Below, one piece after another: positions 27,910-37,394 of a stretch of 64,000 nucleotides of DNA; within the stretch, counting starts at the first letter, position 1; each line of letters opens with the position of its first letter. A program made the translations under genes and the position numbers. The notes below the pieces were generated by a model that did not search any database, was not told where the DNA came from, and was given only the letters and a program-made list of their open reading frames with translations. Source of the stretch: Leptonemataceae bacterium (GTDB lineage: Bacteria; Spirochaetota; Leptospiria; Leptospirales; Leptonemataceae); assembly GCA_965227295.1 (NCBI GenBank), contig OZ245742.1:32001-96000 (forward strand), written 5' to 3'.

Positions 27910-28800
27910 ATGATGCGGACGTATCCGAAACAGTTCCATCGCTGGACCATGATCGCACTGACCTGCGCCCTCACGGCCGGCCGCTGCTTTTCCACTGGCG
28001 GCGGTACGAGTATGGATGCGTCCGCGCTTCTACCCGTTCTGGCCCTGGGCCCGTTGGTCAGCGCAAACACGACGACCTCGACGTGCCCGGCGAATGCCGT
28101 GGCCCTGCCGGACAGCACCGCCATCGCGGACGCCGTCAACAGCGCCCCGGGGGCCGGGAGCGGGTCCTACTCCGACAGCAGTCTCGCCGTCAACGCGGTC
28201 TGCGGCGGCGGGAGCAGTAGCGGCTCCTTCGACGTCTTTCAGCTGGATGCCACCGAAAGCGGCTCCGTGATCATCCTGGAATGGTCCGGGCGTAAGGTAA
28301 ACAACGGCAGCGGCATCGACTTCGTGGTGTACGAGAATGCCTTCAACTACGGAGACGGCACGCGCTTCATGGAGCCCATTGTCGTCGACGTGCGCGACGA
28401 CATCAGCGGCAACTATTGCGGTTTTGCGGCGAACTATACGAACGGCGACGAAACCGTTTACAGCAACGATCCGTCGCTCTGGACGAACTTCGCCGGCATT
28501 ACGCCGGTACTGATCAATCAACGCAACACGCTGACCGAGGCACAGATCTTTGACACGTCGGTCGGGGGCGGCGACGGCTTCGACCTGGATAACCTGAACA
28601 ACACGGCGGAATTCGGCAACGGCTGCGACGCGACCGCCCGGGCCAACATACTCGCCAACGGTTTCACGCTCGTTCGTTTGCAATCCGCATCCAGCGTAAC
28701 CAACGCCGACTCCGGCAGCAACTTCCCGGTCGACTCCGGCGCCTTCGGCGGCGGCCCGGACATTGACGGAGTCATCGCGCGCAATATTACGGCGCGGTGA
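27910..28800 (+). CDS. Lipoprotein (LIC13355-like cell-surface protein)
   Basis: Signal + Cys; NGSGIDFVVYENAF, GGGDGFDL, GPDIDGV. Confidence 0.7.
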   Translation: MMRTYPKQFHRWTMIALTCALTAGRCFSTGGGTSMDASALLPVLALGPLVSANTTTSTCPANAVALPDSTAIADAVNSAPGAGSGSYSDSSLAVNAVCGGGSSSGSFDVFQLDATESGSVIILEWSGRKVNNGSGIDFVVYENAFNYGDGTRFMEPIVVDVRDDISGNYCGFAANYTNGDETVYSNDPSLWTNFAGITPVLINQRNTLTEAQIFDTSVGGGDGFDLDNLNNTAEFGNGCDATARANILANGFTLVRLQSASSVTNADSGSNFPVDSGAFGGGPDIDGVIARNITAR

Positions 28801-28810
28801 ACATCAGGTC

Positions 28811-29929
28811 ATGGAAAGTCCTCCGGCGAAGGATCCACGGCTCGCGTCGGAACTCCGACGCCGCATCGATCAAAAAACCAAGCCGCCCGGTTCTCTCGGC
28901 GCCCTGGAAGACCTGGCCCTACAACTGGGCCTGATCCAGGAAACACTCCGGCCGGAGATTCGGCAGCCCGCGGTAACGATCTTCGCCGGCGATCACGGCA
29001 TTGCGGCGGAAGGGGTGAGCCCGTATCCGCAAGAAGTCACCGCTCAAATGGTGGAGAACTTTCGGCGGGGCGGCGCCGCCATCAACGCCTTCGGACGCGC
29101 AAGCCAGGCTGCGGTCTTCATAATCGACACCGGCACGGCCGTAGAATTTGCGCCGGAGACTAAGTTACTCTTAAATGATTTTAGTCGCCTGCCACCGAAC
29201 GAGCGCGAAAGTGATCGACGCATCGTCGATGCAAGGGTTCGCGCCGGCAGCCGTAACGCCCTGCGCGAGAATGCGCTTCGCCCGGAAGAAGTCGACACGG
29301 CCTTTGCGCACGGTGCGCAGCTCATCGAAGCCCTGCACCGTGCCGGAACCAATACGATTCTCCCCGGCGAAATGGGCATCGGCAACACTTCCAGCGCGTC
29401 TCTGTTGCACGCTCTCTTGACGGCCGTGCCCGTGGCGGAGTGCGCCGGCCGCGGTACCGGCCTCGACGACGCCGGCCTCGCCCGGAAGATTGAAGTCCTG
29501 GCACGCGCGGAGGCACGCATCCGCGAAGAGCACAAAGCACCACCGGGAACCCGAATGCCCGCCCGCGCCGCCATAGAGGCCGTCGCCGGCTGCGAAATCG
29601 CCGTGATGATCGGCGCGATGCTTGCCGCCGCGGAACGGCGCATGATCATCGTCGTGGACGGTTACATCGCCGGGGCCGCGGCCCTCGCCGCCGTCCGACT
29701 GGAACCGCAGGTGCGCCCGTGCTGCGTTTTTTCCCATCGCTCCGCCGAACAGGGACACGCGCGGTTGCTGGATGAACTCCAGGCCCGGCCGCTGCTGGAC
29801 CTCGGTCTGCGCCTGGGCGAAGGCACCGGCGCCGCGCTGGCCCTGCCGCTTTTACGCGCGGCTACGGCCTTCTTGAATGAGATGGCTTCTTTCGAAGAAG
29901 CGGGGGTGAGCGAGCGCCCGTCACGCTAA
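28811..29929 (+). CDS. cobT: Nicotinate-nucleotide:DMB phosphoribosyltransferase
   Basis: TKPPGSLGALE, FAGDHG, GEMGIGNT, LRLGEGTGA. Confidence 0.95.
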   Translation: MESPPAKDPRLASELRRRIDQKTKPPGSLGALEDLALQLGLIQETLRPEIRQPAVTIFAGDHGIAAEGVSPYPQEVTAQMVENFRRGGAAINAFGRASQAAVFIIDTGTAVEFAPETKLLLNDFSRLPPNERESDRRIVDARVRAGSRNALRENALRPEEVDTAFAHGAQLIEALHRAGTNTILPGEMGIGNTSSASLLHALLTAVPVAECAGRGTGLDDAGLARKIEVLARAEARIREEHKAPPGTRMPARAAIEAVAGCEIAVMIGAMLAAAERRMIIVVDGYIAGAAALAAVRLEPQVRPCCVFSHRSAEQGHARLLDELQARPLLDLGLRLGEGTGAALALPLLRAATAFLNEMASFEEAGVSERPSR

Positions 29930-29940
29930 GTGAGTTTCAT

Positions 29941-30744
29941 ATGAAGTTATCCCTGCAACGCGAGCTGCATGTCCTGTACACGGCCGTTTCGTTTCTCACC
30001 CGCATCCCTGTTCCCGAGTTTCCGTTTCGCGACGAGTATCTTTCCGCCGCGGCACGTTACTCACCGCTCGTCGGGGCCCTGGTAGGCACGATCGGCGCCG
30101 GCGTGTATGCCGCCGCGACCTTGCTCTGGCCACCGGAAATTGCCGTCGCCCTGTGCCTTGCGACCACAGTATACGTCACCGGCGCTTTTCACGAAGACGG
30201 TTTCGCCGACTTCTGCGACGGCTTCGGCGGCGGCTGGACCAAAGAGCGCATTCTGGAAATCATGAAGGATTCGCGCACGGGCGCCTACGGGGTCGTCGGC
30301 GCCGCGCTCATGCTGCTCGTGCGCTGGGCCGGCCTGGTAACGCTTGCGCAACATCACGTGGTTGTTCTGGACCGGAATGTTTCGCTGGCGATCTGCGCGC
30401 TGGTCGGCGGGCATAGCATCAGCCGATTCTTTAGTGCGACCTACATCTACACTCACGAATACGTCCGGGAGAACGAGGACAGCCGGGCCAAACCCATGGC
30501 AAAATCCATGACGGGCCTTAGCTTTTTGTTCGCAGCAGTTACGACCAGTCCGGCGCTACTGCTGTTGCCGCTTCCGTATTATTTTGCCGCGGTACCGCTG
30601 CTGATCTTCTACGTCTGGTTCGGCCGTCTGCTGGTCCGGCGCATCGGCGGCTACACCGGCGACTGCCTCGGGGCCGCGCAGCAAATTTCGGAAGCGTTGT
30701 TTTATCTGAGCCTGGCGGCCGTGGCCCGGCACATTTCCGCATAG
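29941..30744 (+). CDS. cobS: Adenosylcobinamide-GDP ribazoletransferase
   Basis: FLTRIP, HEDGFADFCDG, IMKDSR.GAYG, GGYTGDCLGA. Confidence 0.95.
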   Translation: MKLSLQRELHVLYTAVSFLTRIPVPEFPFRDEYLSAAARYSPLVGALVGTIGAGVYAAATLLWPPEIAVALCLATTVYVTGAFHEDGFADFCDGFGGGWTKERILEIMKDSRTGAYGVVGAALMLLVRWAGLVTLAQHHVVVLDRNVSLAICALVGGHSISRFFSATYIYTHEYVRENEDSRAKPMAKSMTGLSFLFAAVTTSPALLLLPLPYYFAAVPLLIFYVWFGRLLVRRIGGYTGDCLGAAQQISEALFYLSLAAVARHISA

Positions 30745-30745
30745 C

Positions 30746-31369
30746 ATGTACGTCTATCTCATTCGCCATACGAGCACCGACACCCCGCGCGGCCTGTGCT
30801 ACGGCCGCACGGATGTCCCGCTCACCGCAAACTACACGGCGGAACGCGACGATGTATTACGACGCTTACGAGGCCTGCGCGCGGACCTGGATCGCCCGGA
30901 ACCACGGCGCATCTATGCCAGCCCGAGCACGCGCTGCCGACTTCTCGCAAAAGATTTATCGCAAGAATTTAGTACCGCCAAGCTAACAGAAGACCCACGC
31001 CTCATGGAACTGAACTTCGGTGCCTGGGAAAACCGTATGTGGGATGAGATCCAGACGAACGACGGTGAGCGACTGCGTGCCTGGGGCGATGATTTCGTGA
31101 ACACGCGCTGCCCGGGCGGCGAGTCCACGGCGGATCTACAGAGGCGTGCTACGGCGGCCTGGTCGGAAATAATCGCAACGAGCACGGGAAACACGGGCGA
31201 AGAATCGGATGCGATCCTTGTAGCTCATGGTGGATCGATTCGCGCGATCCTGGTAAACATCCTCGGCATGCGTCCGAAAGACGGCTTTGCGCTTGCAATC
31301 GAACGCGGTCGCATTGCGGCGATCCGCGCAGATGGCGCCGGAGTAAAACTTCTGCGCCTCAATGTGTAG
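30746..31369 (+). CDS. cobC: Alpha-ribazole phosphatase
   Basis: LIRH, CYGRTD, ELNFGAWE, PGGES, HGG; operon context. Confidence 0.9.
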   Translation: MYVYLIRHTSTDTPRGLCYGRTDVPLTANYTAERDDVLRRLRGLRADLDRPEPRRIYASPSTRCRLLAKDLSQEFSTAKLTEDPRLMELNFGAWENRMWDEIQTNDGERLRAWGDDFVNTRCPGGESTADLQRRATAAWSEIIATSTGNTGEESDAILVAHGGSIRAILVNILGMRPKDGFALAIERGRIAAIRADGAGVKLLRLNV

Positions 31370-31378
31370 TAGCGCCGT

Positions 31379-33085
31379 TCAGTGTTGATGGTCCACGAAC
31401 ACGATGCCCGCCGGCTCGAATCCGAGCCAGGACGAGCCGAGTTGATACCAGGTCACACCGTCCGTGGAATAGGCCCCGTATCGCCCACCGTCCTGGTGCA
31501 GAATAAAACGTCCACCGAAGAACTTCATTTTGCCGTAGTACGTCCGGTCCAGGTTATCATAGCCGGGATCGTTCCAGGTTTTGCCGCCGTCCGTGCTCAC
31601 GAAAGTCCGATCTCCCATGGACAGAACAAAACGACCGTGGCCGTATGCCACCGCGCCCGTCCAGGAACCTTGATGGATCAGGTCGGTCCAGGTCTGCCCG
31701 CCGTCCGTCGACCGCATTGTATAGGCACCACCGGCAGCTACGAAGACCCCGTCTCCGTAGGTTACGGAAGCGAAATCGGCGGCCGCCGGAGCACCGGCCG
31801 TTTGGTCATGAGTCCAGGTAATGCCGTCTTCACTGCGAACCCGACGGCCGTCGTCTCCTACGGCGACAAACACACCGCCGCCGTACGCAATGTCGTTCAG
31901 GTCGGGGCCGCCGCTGATCAGCGCGCTGTGATACGCGTTGCCGTCGAAAATGAGGCGTAGCCCGGCGTCACCGACGGCCACAAACTTATGTTCGCCGTAC
32001 GTTATCGACCGCGGATACCAGCCCAACGGCAGGGTCACAGGATCCGACCACAGGACGCCGTACTTTGAGCGCTGTCCGGAGATGTTGACGATTTTATCCT
32101 TGCCGAAGACCGCATCCCCTCTCACGGCCTGGCTCCCATAACGCGCCATGTTTTGACCGTAGGCCAACCTGGGGGCCCCCGGCACATAGGCGCCTGTTTC
32201 AACGGAACTCTCCGGCATGAAGAGCACGTATTCGTCCTCCGGGAAGGTGACAAACCAGGAATCCCCGGGGGCTATGAAGCGATTGCCGGCCTCGTCAACG
32301 ACGTGCATCTTCAGATACAGAGTCTTTCCGTAGGGGAGATTCTTCAGTTCAAAGAGATGGTCGCCCAGAGGCGTGGTCGGAGGGCCCACGAAAACGTACT
32401 CCGGCTCGATGCCCGGTCCGCCCAGAGTGTCGACGATGTCTTCTTTGACATAGAACTCGAAGATGAGGTCCTCATCGGCCGTGACATCATCGAAGTCCTG
32501 CCCGTTCATCCGGGCCACAAAAGTGTTCCTGGCACTCAGGCCGTCGACATTCAACTGCGCGACCGGTGGAGTGATGTCCGCGGCGCTATTGCCCGGCCGA
32601 ACCACCGTAATCGTCAACTGGATGGAACCCTGGAACGACACCAGCTCAAACGTAACTTCGTCAGCGGTTACGATGATGCGAATGACGAATGAGCCGATGA
32701 CCACGTCATTGTAAACGATTTCCGCACTGAGAGTGATTTCAGTTCCGGCAGGAAGATCGACTTCGTAGGCCCAGCGTCCGCTGCTATTCGTAACACTGCG
32801 GGTGAGTGAGGCGCCTTCGCTGCGCGACGCGTCACCGAACACCACCTCGGCGCCGTTGAGCGGCTCCCCCGAACCACTGTCGCGAAGCGTGCCGGAGACC
32901 ATGACAGCTTCCGAAGAACTCGTGAGATCGGAGGTGCCGGAGGAACTCAGACCGAGCAACGGGAGCAGCGCGGCGGCGGAACCGGCCTCGTCTCCGCCGG
33001 AGTCACTGAACGCCGCCAGGGAAAGACAACCCGGGAGAAGCGATGATACCAAAAAAAACTTAAATACCAGAAAAGGAATGCGCAT
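31379..33085 (-). CDS. Large lipoprotein with C-terminal beta-propeller (YG.G.FVAVG / S.DG.TW repeats)
   Basis: LLPGC lipobox; repeated BNR-like motifs. Confidence 0.7.
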   Translation of the reverse strand: MRIPFLVFKFFLVSSLLPGCLSLAAFSDSGGDEAGSAAALLPLLGLSSSGTSDLTSSSEAVMVSGTLRDSGSGEPLNGAEVVFGDASRSEGASLTRSVTNSSGRWAYEVDLPAGTEITLSAEIVYNDVVIGSFVIRIIVTADEVTFELVSFQGSIQLTITVVRPGNSAADITPPVAQLNVDGLSARNTFVARMNGQDFDDVTADEDLIFEFYVKEDIVDTLGGPGIEPEYVFVGPPTTPLGDHLFELKNLPYGKTLYLKMHVVDEAGNRFIAPGDSWFVTFPEDEYVLFMPESSVETGAYVPGAPRLAYGQNMARYGSQAVRGDAVFGKDKIVNISGQRSKYGVLWSDPVTLPLGWYPRSITYGEHKFVAVGDAGLRLIFDGNAYHSALISGGPDLNDIAYGGGVFVAVGDDGRRVRSEDGITWTHDQTAGAPAAADFASVTYGDGVFVAAGGAYTMRSTDGGQTWTDLIHQGSWTGAVAYGHGRFVLSMGDRTFVSTDGGKTWNDPGYDNLDRTYYGKMKFFGGRFILHQDGGRYGAYSTDGVTWYQLGSSWLGFEPAGIVFVDHQH

Positions 33086-33164
33086 CGAGGCCTCGTTTAG
33101 CGAACACAATTATAACACGGCTCACCACATCTTCGTGCACATTTTTCCAGGTCGGAGGATTTTC

Positions 33165-33647
33165 TCAGCCCGGTCCCAGGCGTTTGCGTTTGATGAACAT
33201 CTCAAGGCCGCCGTTGGCTTCGGCGCGGATCTTGTTTTGCACGGAGGGCAGCCAGCCCATCAGCTTGCCGGTGAGACCGAGAGCCATGCCGGCCCAGCGC
33301 CACAAACTGAAGCTGTCCGTATGTTTAACGATCTTACCGTCGCGAAACTCGAACCGCGCGTCGATGATGTTGTGAATGCGGTTGCCGGTTTTCGCGAAAT
33401 CGTAGCGGGGTTCCCAGTGCGCGGAGCCGGAGCTGTCGTCGGCTTTGACATTCGAGAACGCCAGCTCGAAGTTCTGCGCGCGCTCGCAGAGCATGCGCCA
33501 CATGGCCTTCGCCTTCCAGCCCTGGAGGTCCCGAAAAACGGGATCCGAGAACTCCACGTCGTCGTGGTAGCAGGATTGCATCGTCTCCCAGTCCTGTTTC
33601 TGGAAGGCGGAGTAAAACTTCGTGATCAACTCTTCGTTAGCATGCAT
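33165..33647 (-). CDS. NTF2/SnoaL-like protein
   Basis: LITKFYSAF..CYHDDVEFSDPVF..AMWRML..HTDSF. Confidence 0.88.
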   Translation of the reverse strand: MHANEELITKFYSAFQKQDWETMQSCYHDDVEFSDPVFRDLQGWKAKAMWRMLCERAQNFELAFSNVKADDSSGSAHWEPRYDFAKTGNRIHNIIDARFEFRDGKIVKHTDSFSLWRWAGMALGLTGKLMGWLPSVQNKIRAEANGGLEMFIKRKRLGPG

Positions 33648-33674
33648 GAACGGCCTCTCTGCTTTTATCTTTTG

Positions 33675-33807
33675 GCCACAGAGGCGCAGAGGACACAGAG
33701 TTTGCGAAAGGTTGGGGCATCAGACTATTCAAGTCACCAGGCTACGAACGCGTTCTTGCGCCGCTTCCCCATCAACCTCTTCTCTGTGTTCTCTGTGCCT
33801 CTGTGGC
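33675..33807. repeat. 26-bp inverted repeat pair built of CACAGAG units
   Basis: GCCACAGAGGCGCAGAGGACACAGAG (33675-33700) versus CTCTGTGTTCTCTGTGCCTCTGTGGC (33782-33807), 24/26. Confidence 0.8.
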
Positions 33808-33822
33808 AAAGGGAACTTCAGC

Positions 33823-34236
33823 TCAGTCACAGGCGACGACCAGGTCGCCGGCGACTTTGGTTTCGCCGTTGACCTGAGCTTCGAGAGAAACGGTCATCTC
33901 TTTCGCGTCGTCGTTTTTCTTTTTCACCTTGCCCTTGCAGACGATAACGTCGCCGGGGAACGTCATCCCCTTGAACTTTACGCCGAAGGATTTCATTTGT
34001 CCGGGATGCACCCAGTTTGTCGCCAGGCGACCGAGTTGGGCCATGACGTACATACCGTGGGCGATGGTGCTGTCGAGACCGGCCTCTTTCACGGCGAACT
34101 CGGGGTCCGTGTGAATCGGGTTGAAGTCCCCGGAAGCGCCGGCGTAGCGCACCAGGTCCATGTGTTTGAGCGGTCCGACCTGAAGTTCAGGGATCTCCGC
34201 GCCTTTTTCGTATTCGTCGTATTTAATGCGATTCAT
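33823..34236 (-). CDS. MaoC-like dehydratase
   Basis: YAGASGDFNPIH, IAHGM. Confidence 0.92.
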   Translation of the reverse strand: MNRIKYDEYEKGAEIPELQVGPLKHMDLVRYAGASGDFNPIHTDPEFAVKEAGLDSTIAHGMYVMAQLGRLATNWVHPGQMKSFGVKFKGMTFPGDVIVCKGKVKKKNDDAKEMTVSLEAQVNGETKVAGDLVVACD

Positions 34237-34260
34237 AAGATTCCTCCAGAAAATGTGGCT

Positions 34261-34704
34261 TCAGTCCGGTCGGATGACGATGGCCATTTCGGCTTCGATG
34301 CATACGTCGCCCTTTTCATCTTTGAACTCGGTCTTAAACGTGACCATGTTCATTTTACCGATTTTTACATCGATGACCTCGCCCGCGGCGTGAATCGTTA
34401 CCCCGGGGTAGACCGGCTTATGATAGTTGTACTCTTCTTTCATGTGCAACAGGCGCGTGGTATCGATACCCATGTTGCTCATGTCGTCCCAGATCTTCGG
34501 ATAACCCCAGAACTGGAAGGCCGTCTGAAACGTCGGCGGGATGGGGGTATCGTCGAAGCCGGCTGCTTTCGCGGCGGCGGGATCAGTGTAGATCGGATTC
34601 GTTTCGCCGATGGCTTTCAGAAATTCCTGTACTTTGCCGCGTTCCACCGCGAACGTGTACGGATCGAGTTTGGTTCCAACAATGTCTTTACTGAGTTCAG
34701 GCAT
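34261..34704 (-). CDS. MaoC dehydratase N-terminal-domain protein (partner subunit)
   Basis: [31 protein letters not shown]. Confidence 0.88.
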   Translation of the reverse strand: MPELSKDIVGTKLDPYTFAVERGKVQEFLKAIGETNPIYTDPAAAKAAGFDDTPIPPTFQTAFQFWGYPKIWDDMSNMGIDTTRLLHMKEEYNYHKPVYPGVTIHAAGEVIDVKIGKMNMVTFKTEFKDEKGDVCIEAEMAIVIRPD

Positions 34705-34774
34705 AGCGGAGGCAAATTAACGAGGCGGAAATTCCCGGTCAAGCAATTCAGACCGAGCGGTCAGAATCGTCTGC

Positions 34775-36559
34775 TCATAGCGCCAGCACGAACCCCAGCA
34801 TGTACCGCGCATAAAACCGGGTCGCCGGCTTCCGCAGCTCGCCCGTGAGCGCGTCCGGTTCGTTCTCGGACGGCCGAAACCAGGCCGCCGTGGCGCTCGC
34901 CTGCACGGCCAGGTCCACATCCACGAACGACAGCGGATAACGCAGCGCCGCGATGCCCTCGAAGCCGTCGCCGGTTAGAAAGTCCGCGTAGTTCGCAAAG
35001 ACGTCCACGGTGAGCGCGCGCCAGGGAACGGCGCTGAAACGCAGCGAGGCCATGGTCAGCCCCTGATTGTCGTAGACCGGCCGCGCCGGATCGCTGTTGT
35101 CCCGGGCCTCGTCGAAATCCGGCAATCGTTCCGCGGCCACGCCCGAGTCGGCGAAGATCTCGCCGGGCTGGTAGTTCCGGAGCGGCGGGCGCTCGTTGCC
35201 CGGCGCCGGACCGGTGAGCAAAATCGAAGCGGCCCCGCCCATCACGCCGGGCAGAGGTCGCAGTGCGCCGAAACCGCGAAGTTCGTTGTCGCTGTCGTCG
35301 CGGTCCCGGGTGGCATAGAGCCCGGCCAGGGCCAGCTCCGGTCCGCGGCGCACCGGCAGATCACGCACGCAATCCACCCGCGCCGGCTGGCTCGCAATGC
35401 AGCCCGGGCTGCTCTGTTCCCATCCCAGGTGATAGACCACCTCGCCGAAGGCCAGGGCCCCGCCGATCTCCCGGCGTGAGGAAGCGATCCGCGTGCCGGC
35501 GGTATCCACGGCGATTTCGCGCCCTCTATTATAGAAAAAACTCCCGCGCAAAGAGAACGGCGCGGCCTGGCCGAAGTCCTTTGCGAAGCGCAGTCCGTAG
35601 TAGTGCACGTCCAGGTCCGGCAGCGCCGCCTGCCCTGTAGGAACTGTTACCCGCGTCGGCGGAATGCCGGGAAGCTGGAGGTCGGGAACCGCCGCCCGGC
35701 CCGGGGAACGGTAGAAGCCGTAGAGCGCGCTGACGGAGTAAGATGAGCCGGTGAGTCCGATGCTTCCCGTATAAAATGCCGCCGGACTTCCCTCCGGCCG
35801 GCCGATGGCCCGCACTTCGCGCTCCATCTTCCAGCCGGCCAGCACCAGGCGCAGGGCAGTCGCCCCGTTCCCGGTCCACTGAAGCAGTCCACCAGGAGCC
35901 TCGCCCGCGAACAGCAGGCCCTCGGACTCCGTGCGCTGAAAGATGCGCCCACCGGCGACGAACAGGCCGCGGCGCAGTTGCTCCTCACGCTCGATGCTGC
36001 CGACCAACAGGGCTGCCCGATCCGCCCCGGGATGAAACCGCCCGGCCTCGTCCCCGGCGCCGGGATCCGCCGACTCGCCCGGGTTCCAGCGAAAGTACGC
36101 AAAGGTTTCGCCAGGCCGGCCCGGACCCGTCCAACGATCGCTTTCGCCATCGGGGCCGCCGTCGCCGTAATAATGGTAGTCATTCAGGGCGCGCATGGAG
36201 GCCCGCAGGCCAAGAACCAGGCCGGGCCGGTAGACGGCCAGATCCAGGCCGCGCTGCGATCGCTGGCGCGCCCGGTTCTGCTCCCGAAATTCCTCACGGT
36301 TCCCGCCCGCCTCCGAGCCCACGGCGTAGGCATCGCGATAGACCGGGTGCAGATACAGCCACTCGCCGAGTTCCGGATCGATCTCGCTCGCCAGGTTCAG
36401 CATGCCGGCCTGTTCCCAGCGGTCCCGGAACGGGCTGCTGGAAGATGCCCCGGCCTCCGGCTCCTGGGCTCCGACGGCGATGCTCACGCCCACAACGATC
36501 GTCGCAATGCATCCCCACCGAAAGAACACGGCACCACAAATCCGGAGCACGATGAGCAC
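34775..36559 (-). CDS. Hypothetical outer-membrane beta-barrel-like protein
   Basis: Signal peptide, amphipathic strands, C-terminal YMLGFVLAL. Confidence 0.55.
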   Translation of the reverse strand: MLIVLRICGAVFFRWGCIATIVVGVSIAVGAQEPEAGASSSSPFRDRWEQAGMLNLASEIDPELGEWLYLHPVYRDAYAVGSEAGGNREEFREQNRARQRSQRGLDLAVYRPGLVLGLRASMRALNDYHYYGDGGPDGESDRWTGPGRPGETFAYFRWNPGESADPGAGDEAGRFHPGADRAALLVGSIEREEQLRRGLFVAGGRIFQRTESEGLLFAGEAPGGLLQWTGNGATALRLVLAGWKMEREVRAIGRPEGSPAAFYTGSIGLTGSSYSVSALYGFYRSPGRAAVPDLQLPGIPPTRVTVPTGQAALPDLDVHYYGLRFAKDFGQAAPFSLRGSFFYNRGREIAVDTAGTRIASSRREIGGALAFGEVVYHLGWEQSSPGCIASQPARVDCVRDLPVRRGPELALAGLYATRDRDDSDNELRGFGALRPLPGVMGGAASILLTGPAPGNERPPLRNYQPGEIFADSGVAAERLPDFDEARDNSDPARPVYDNQGLTMASLRFSAVPWRALTVDVFANYADFLTGDGFEGIAALRYPLSFVDVDLAVQASATAAWFRPSENEPDALTGELRKPATRFYARYMLGFVLAL

Positions 36560-36703
36560 GCCAGCCTTTCCGCTCAGGATGCCTGACCCGCCGCAGGTTC
36601 AGTACAACCTTGCATGAAGTGCTTGACCGTATAGTGCGCCGCAAAAATATGACCCCATCATTAGTGCGGCGCACACATCACGAGCGCCGCCGAAGAGGAC
36701 GAC

Positions 36704-37384
36704 ATGCTCACAAAGCTGCAATCCATCGCCCGCAAAACGCTCATCGCCCTGGTCATCCTGGGCCCGGCAGTACTCGGCCTGAACGGCTCCGACCTGACCC
36801 CCGGCCGCCTGGCCGCCAACGATCAGTATCTGGCGGCCCGGAAAGAGGCCCGGCTGCGCATCGGTGCCTACGTCGCCTTCAAGAATCCGCACAAGAGCAA
36901 GGCCGAGCGTATGCAACTCGTCGAGGTCATCCTGGATCAGTCCGAACGCCTGCGCATTCCGGAGCACTTCTACATCGACGGACTGTCCGTGCATCCGGCG
37001 TACTTTCTCACGGCGCTGATCGGCGTGGAGTCCACGTTTTACCGGGACGCCGTTTCTCACGCCGACGCCCGGGGTTACATGCAGCTCATGCCGGCCACGG
37101 TCGCCTGGATGGATGTGAATCTTCTGAGCGAAGGGAACGTGACCGAACTGGATCGGCTCTTTGAGGCGCGGACGAACGTGGCGCGGGGCGTGAGCTATCT
37201 GAACTTTCTCATCAAAGAAATGGACGACATCCGCCTGGTTTGCCTTGCCTACAACGCCGGTCCCGGTAACGTGCGCCGGGGATACTGGGTCGAAGAGTAC
37301 TGGACGCGCGTCCATGCCAACTACCGGGAAATCCGCCGGGGCGAGTTTCTCTTCCGCGAGGTTCGCGGCACCGTGACCCTCTAA
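36704..37384 (+). CDS. Lytic transglycosylase (SLT domain)
   Basis: VES.F, ARGYMQLMP.T, AYNAGPG. Confidence 0.92.
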   Translation: MLTKLQSIARKTLIALVILGPAVLGLNGSDLTPGRLAANDQYLAARKEARLRIGAYVAFKNPHKSKAERMQLVEVILDQSERLRIPEHFYIDGLSVHPAYFLTALIGVESTFYRDAVSHADARGYMQLMPATVAWMDVNLLSEGNVTELDRLFEARTNVARGVSYLNFLIKEMDDIRLVCLAYNAGPGNVRRGYWVEEYWTRVHANYREIRRGEFLFREVRGTVTL

Positions 37385-37394
37385 CCATAGCACG

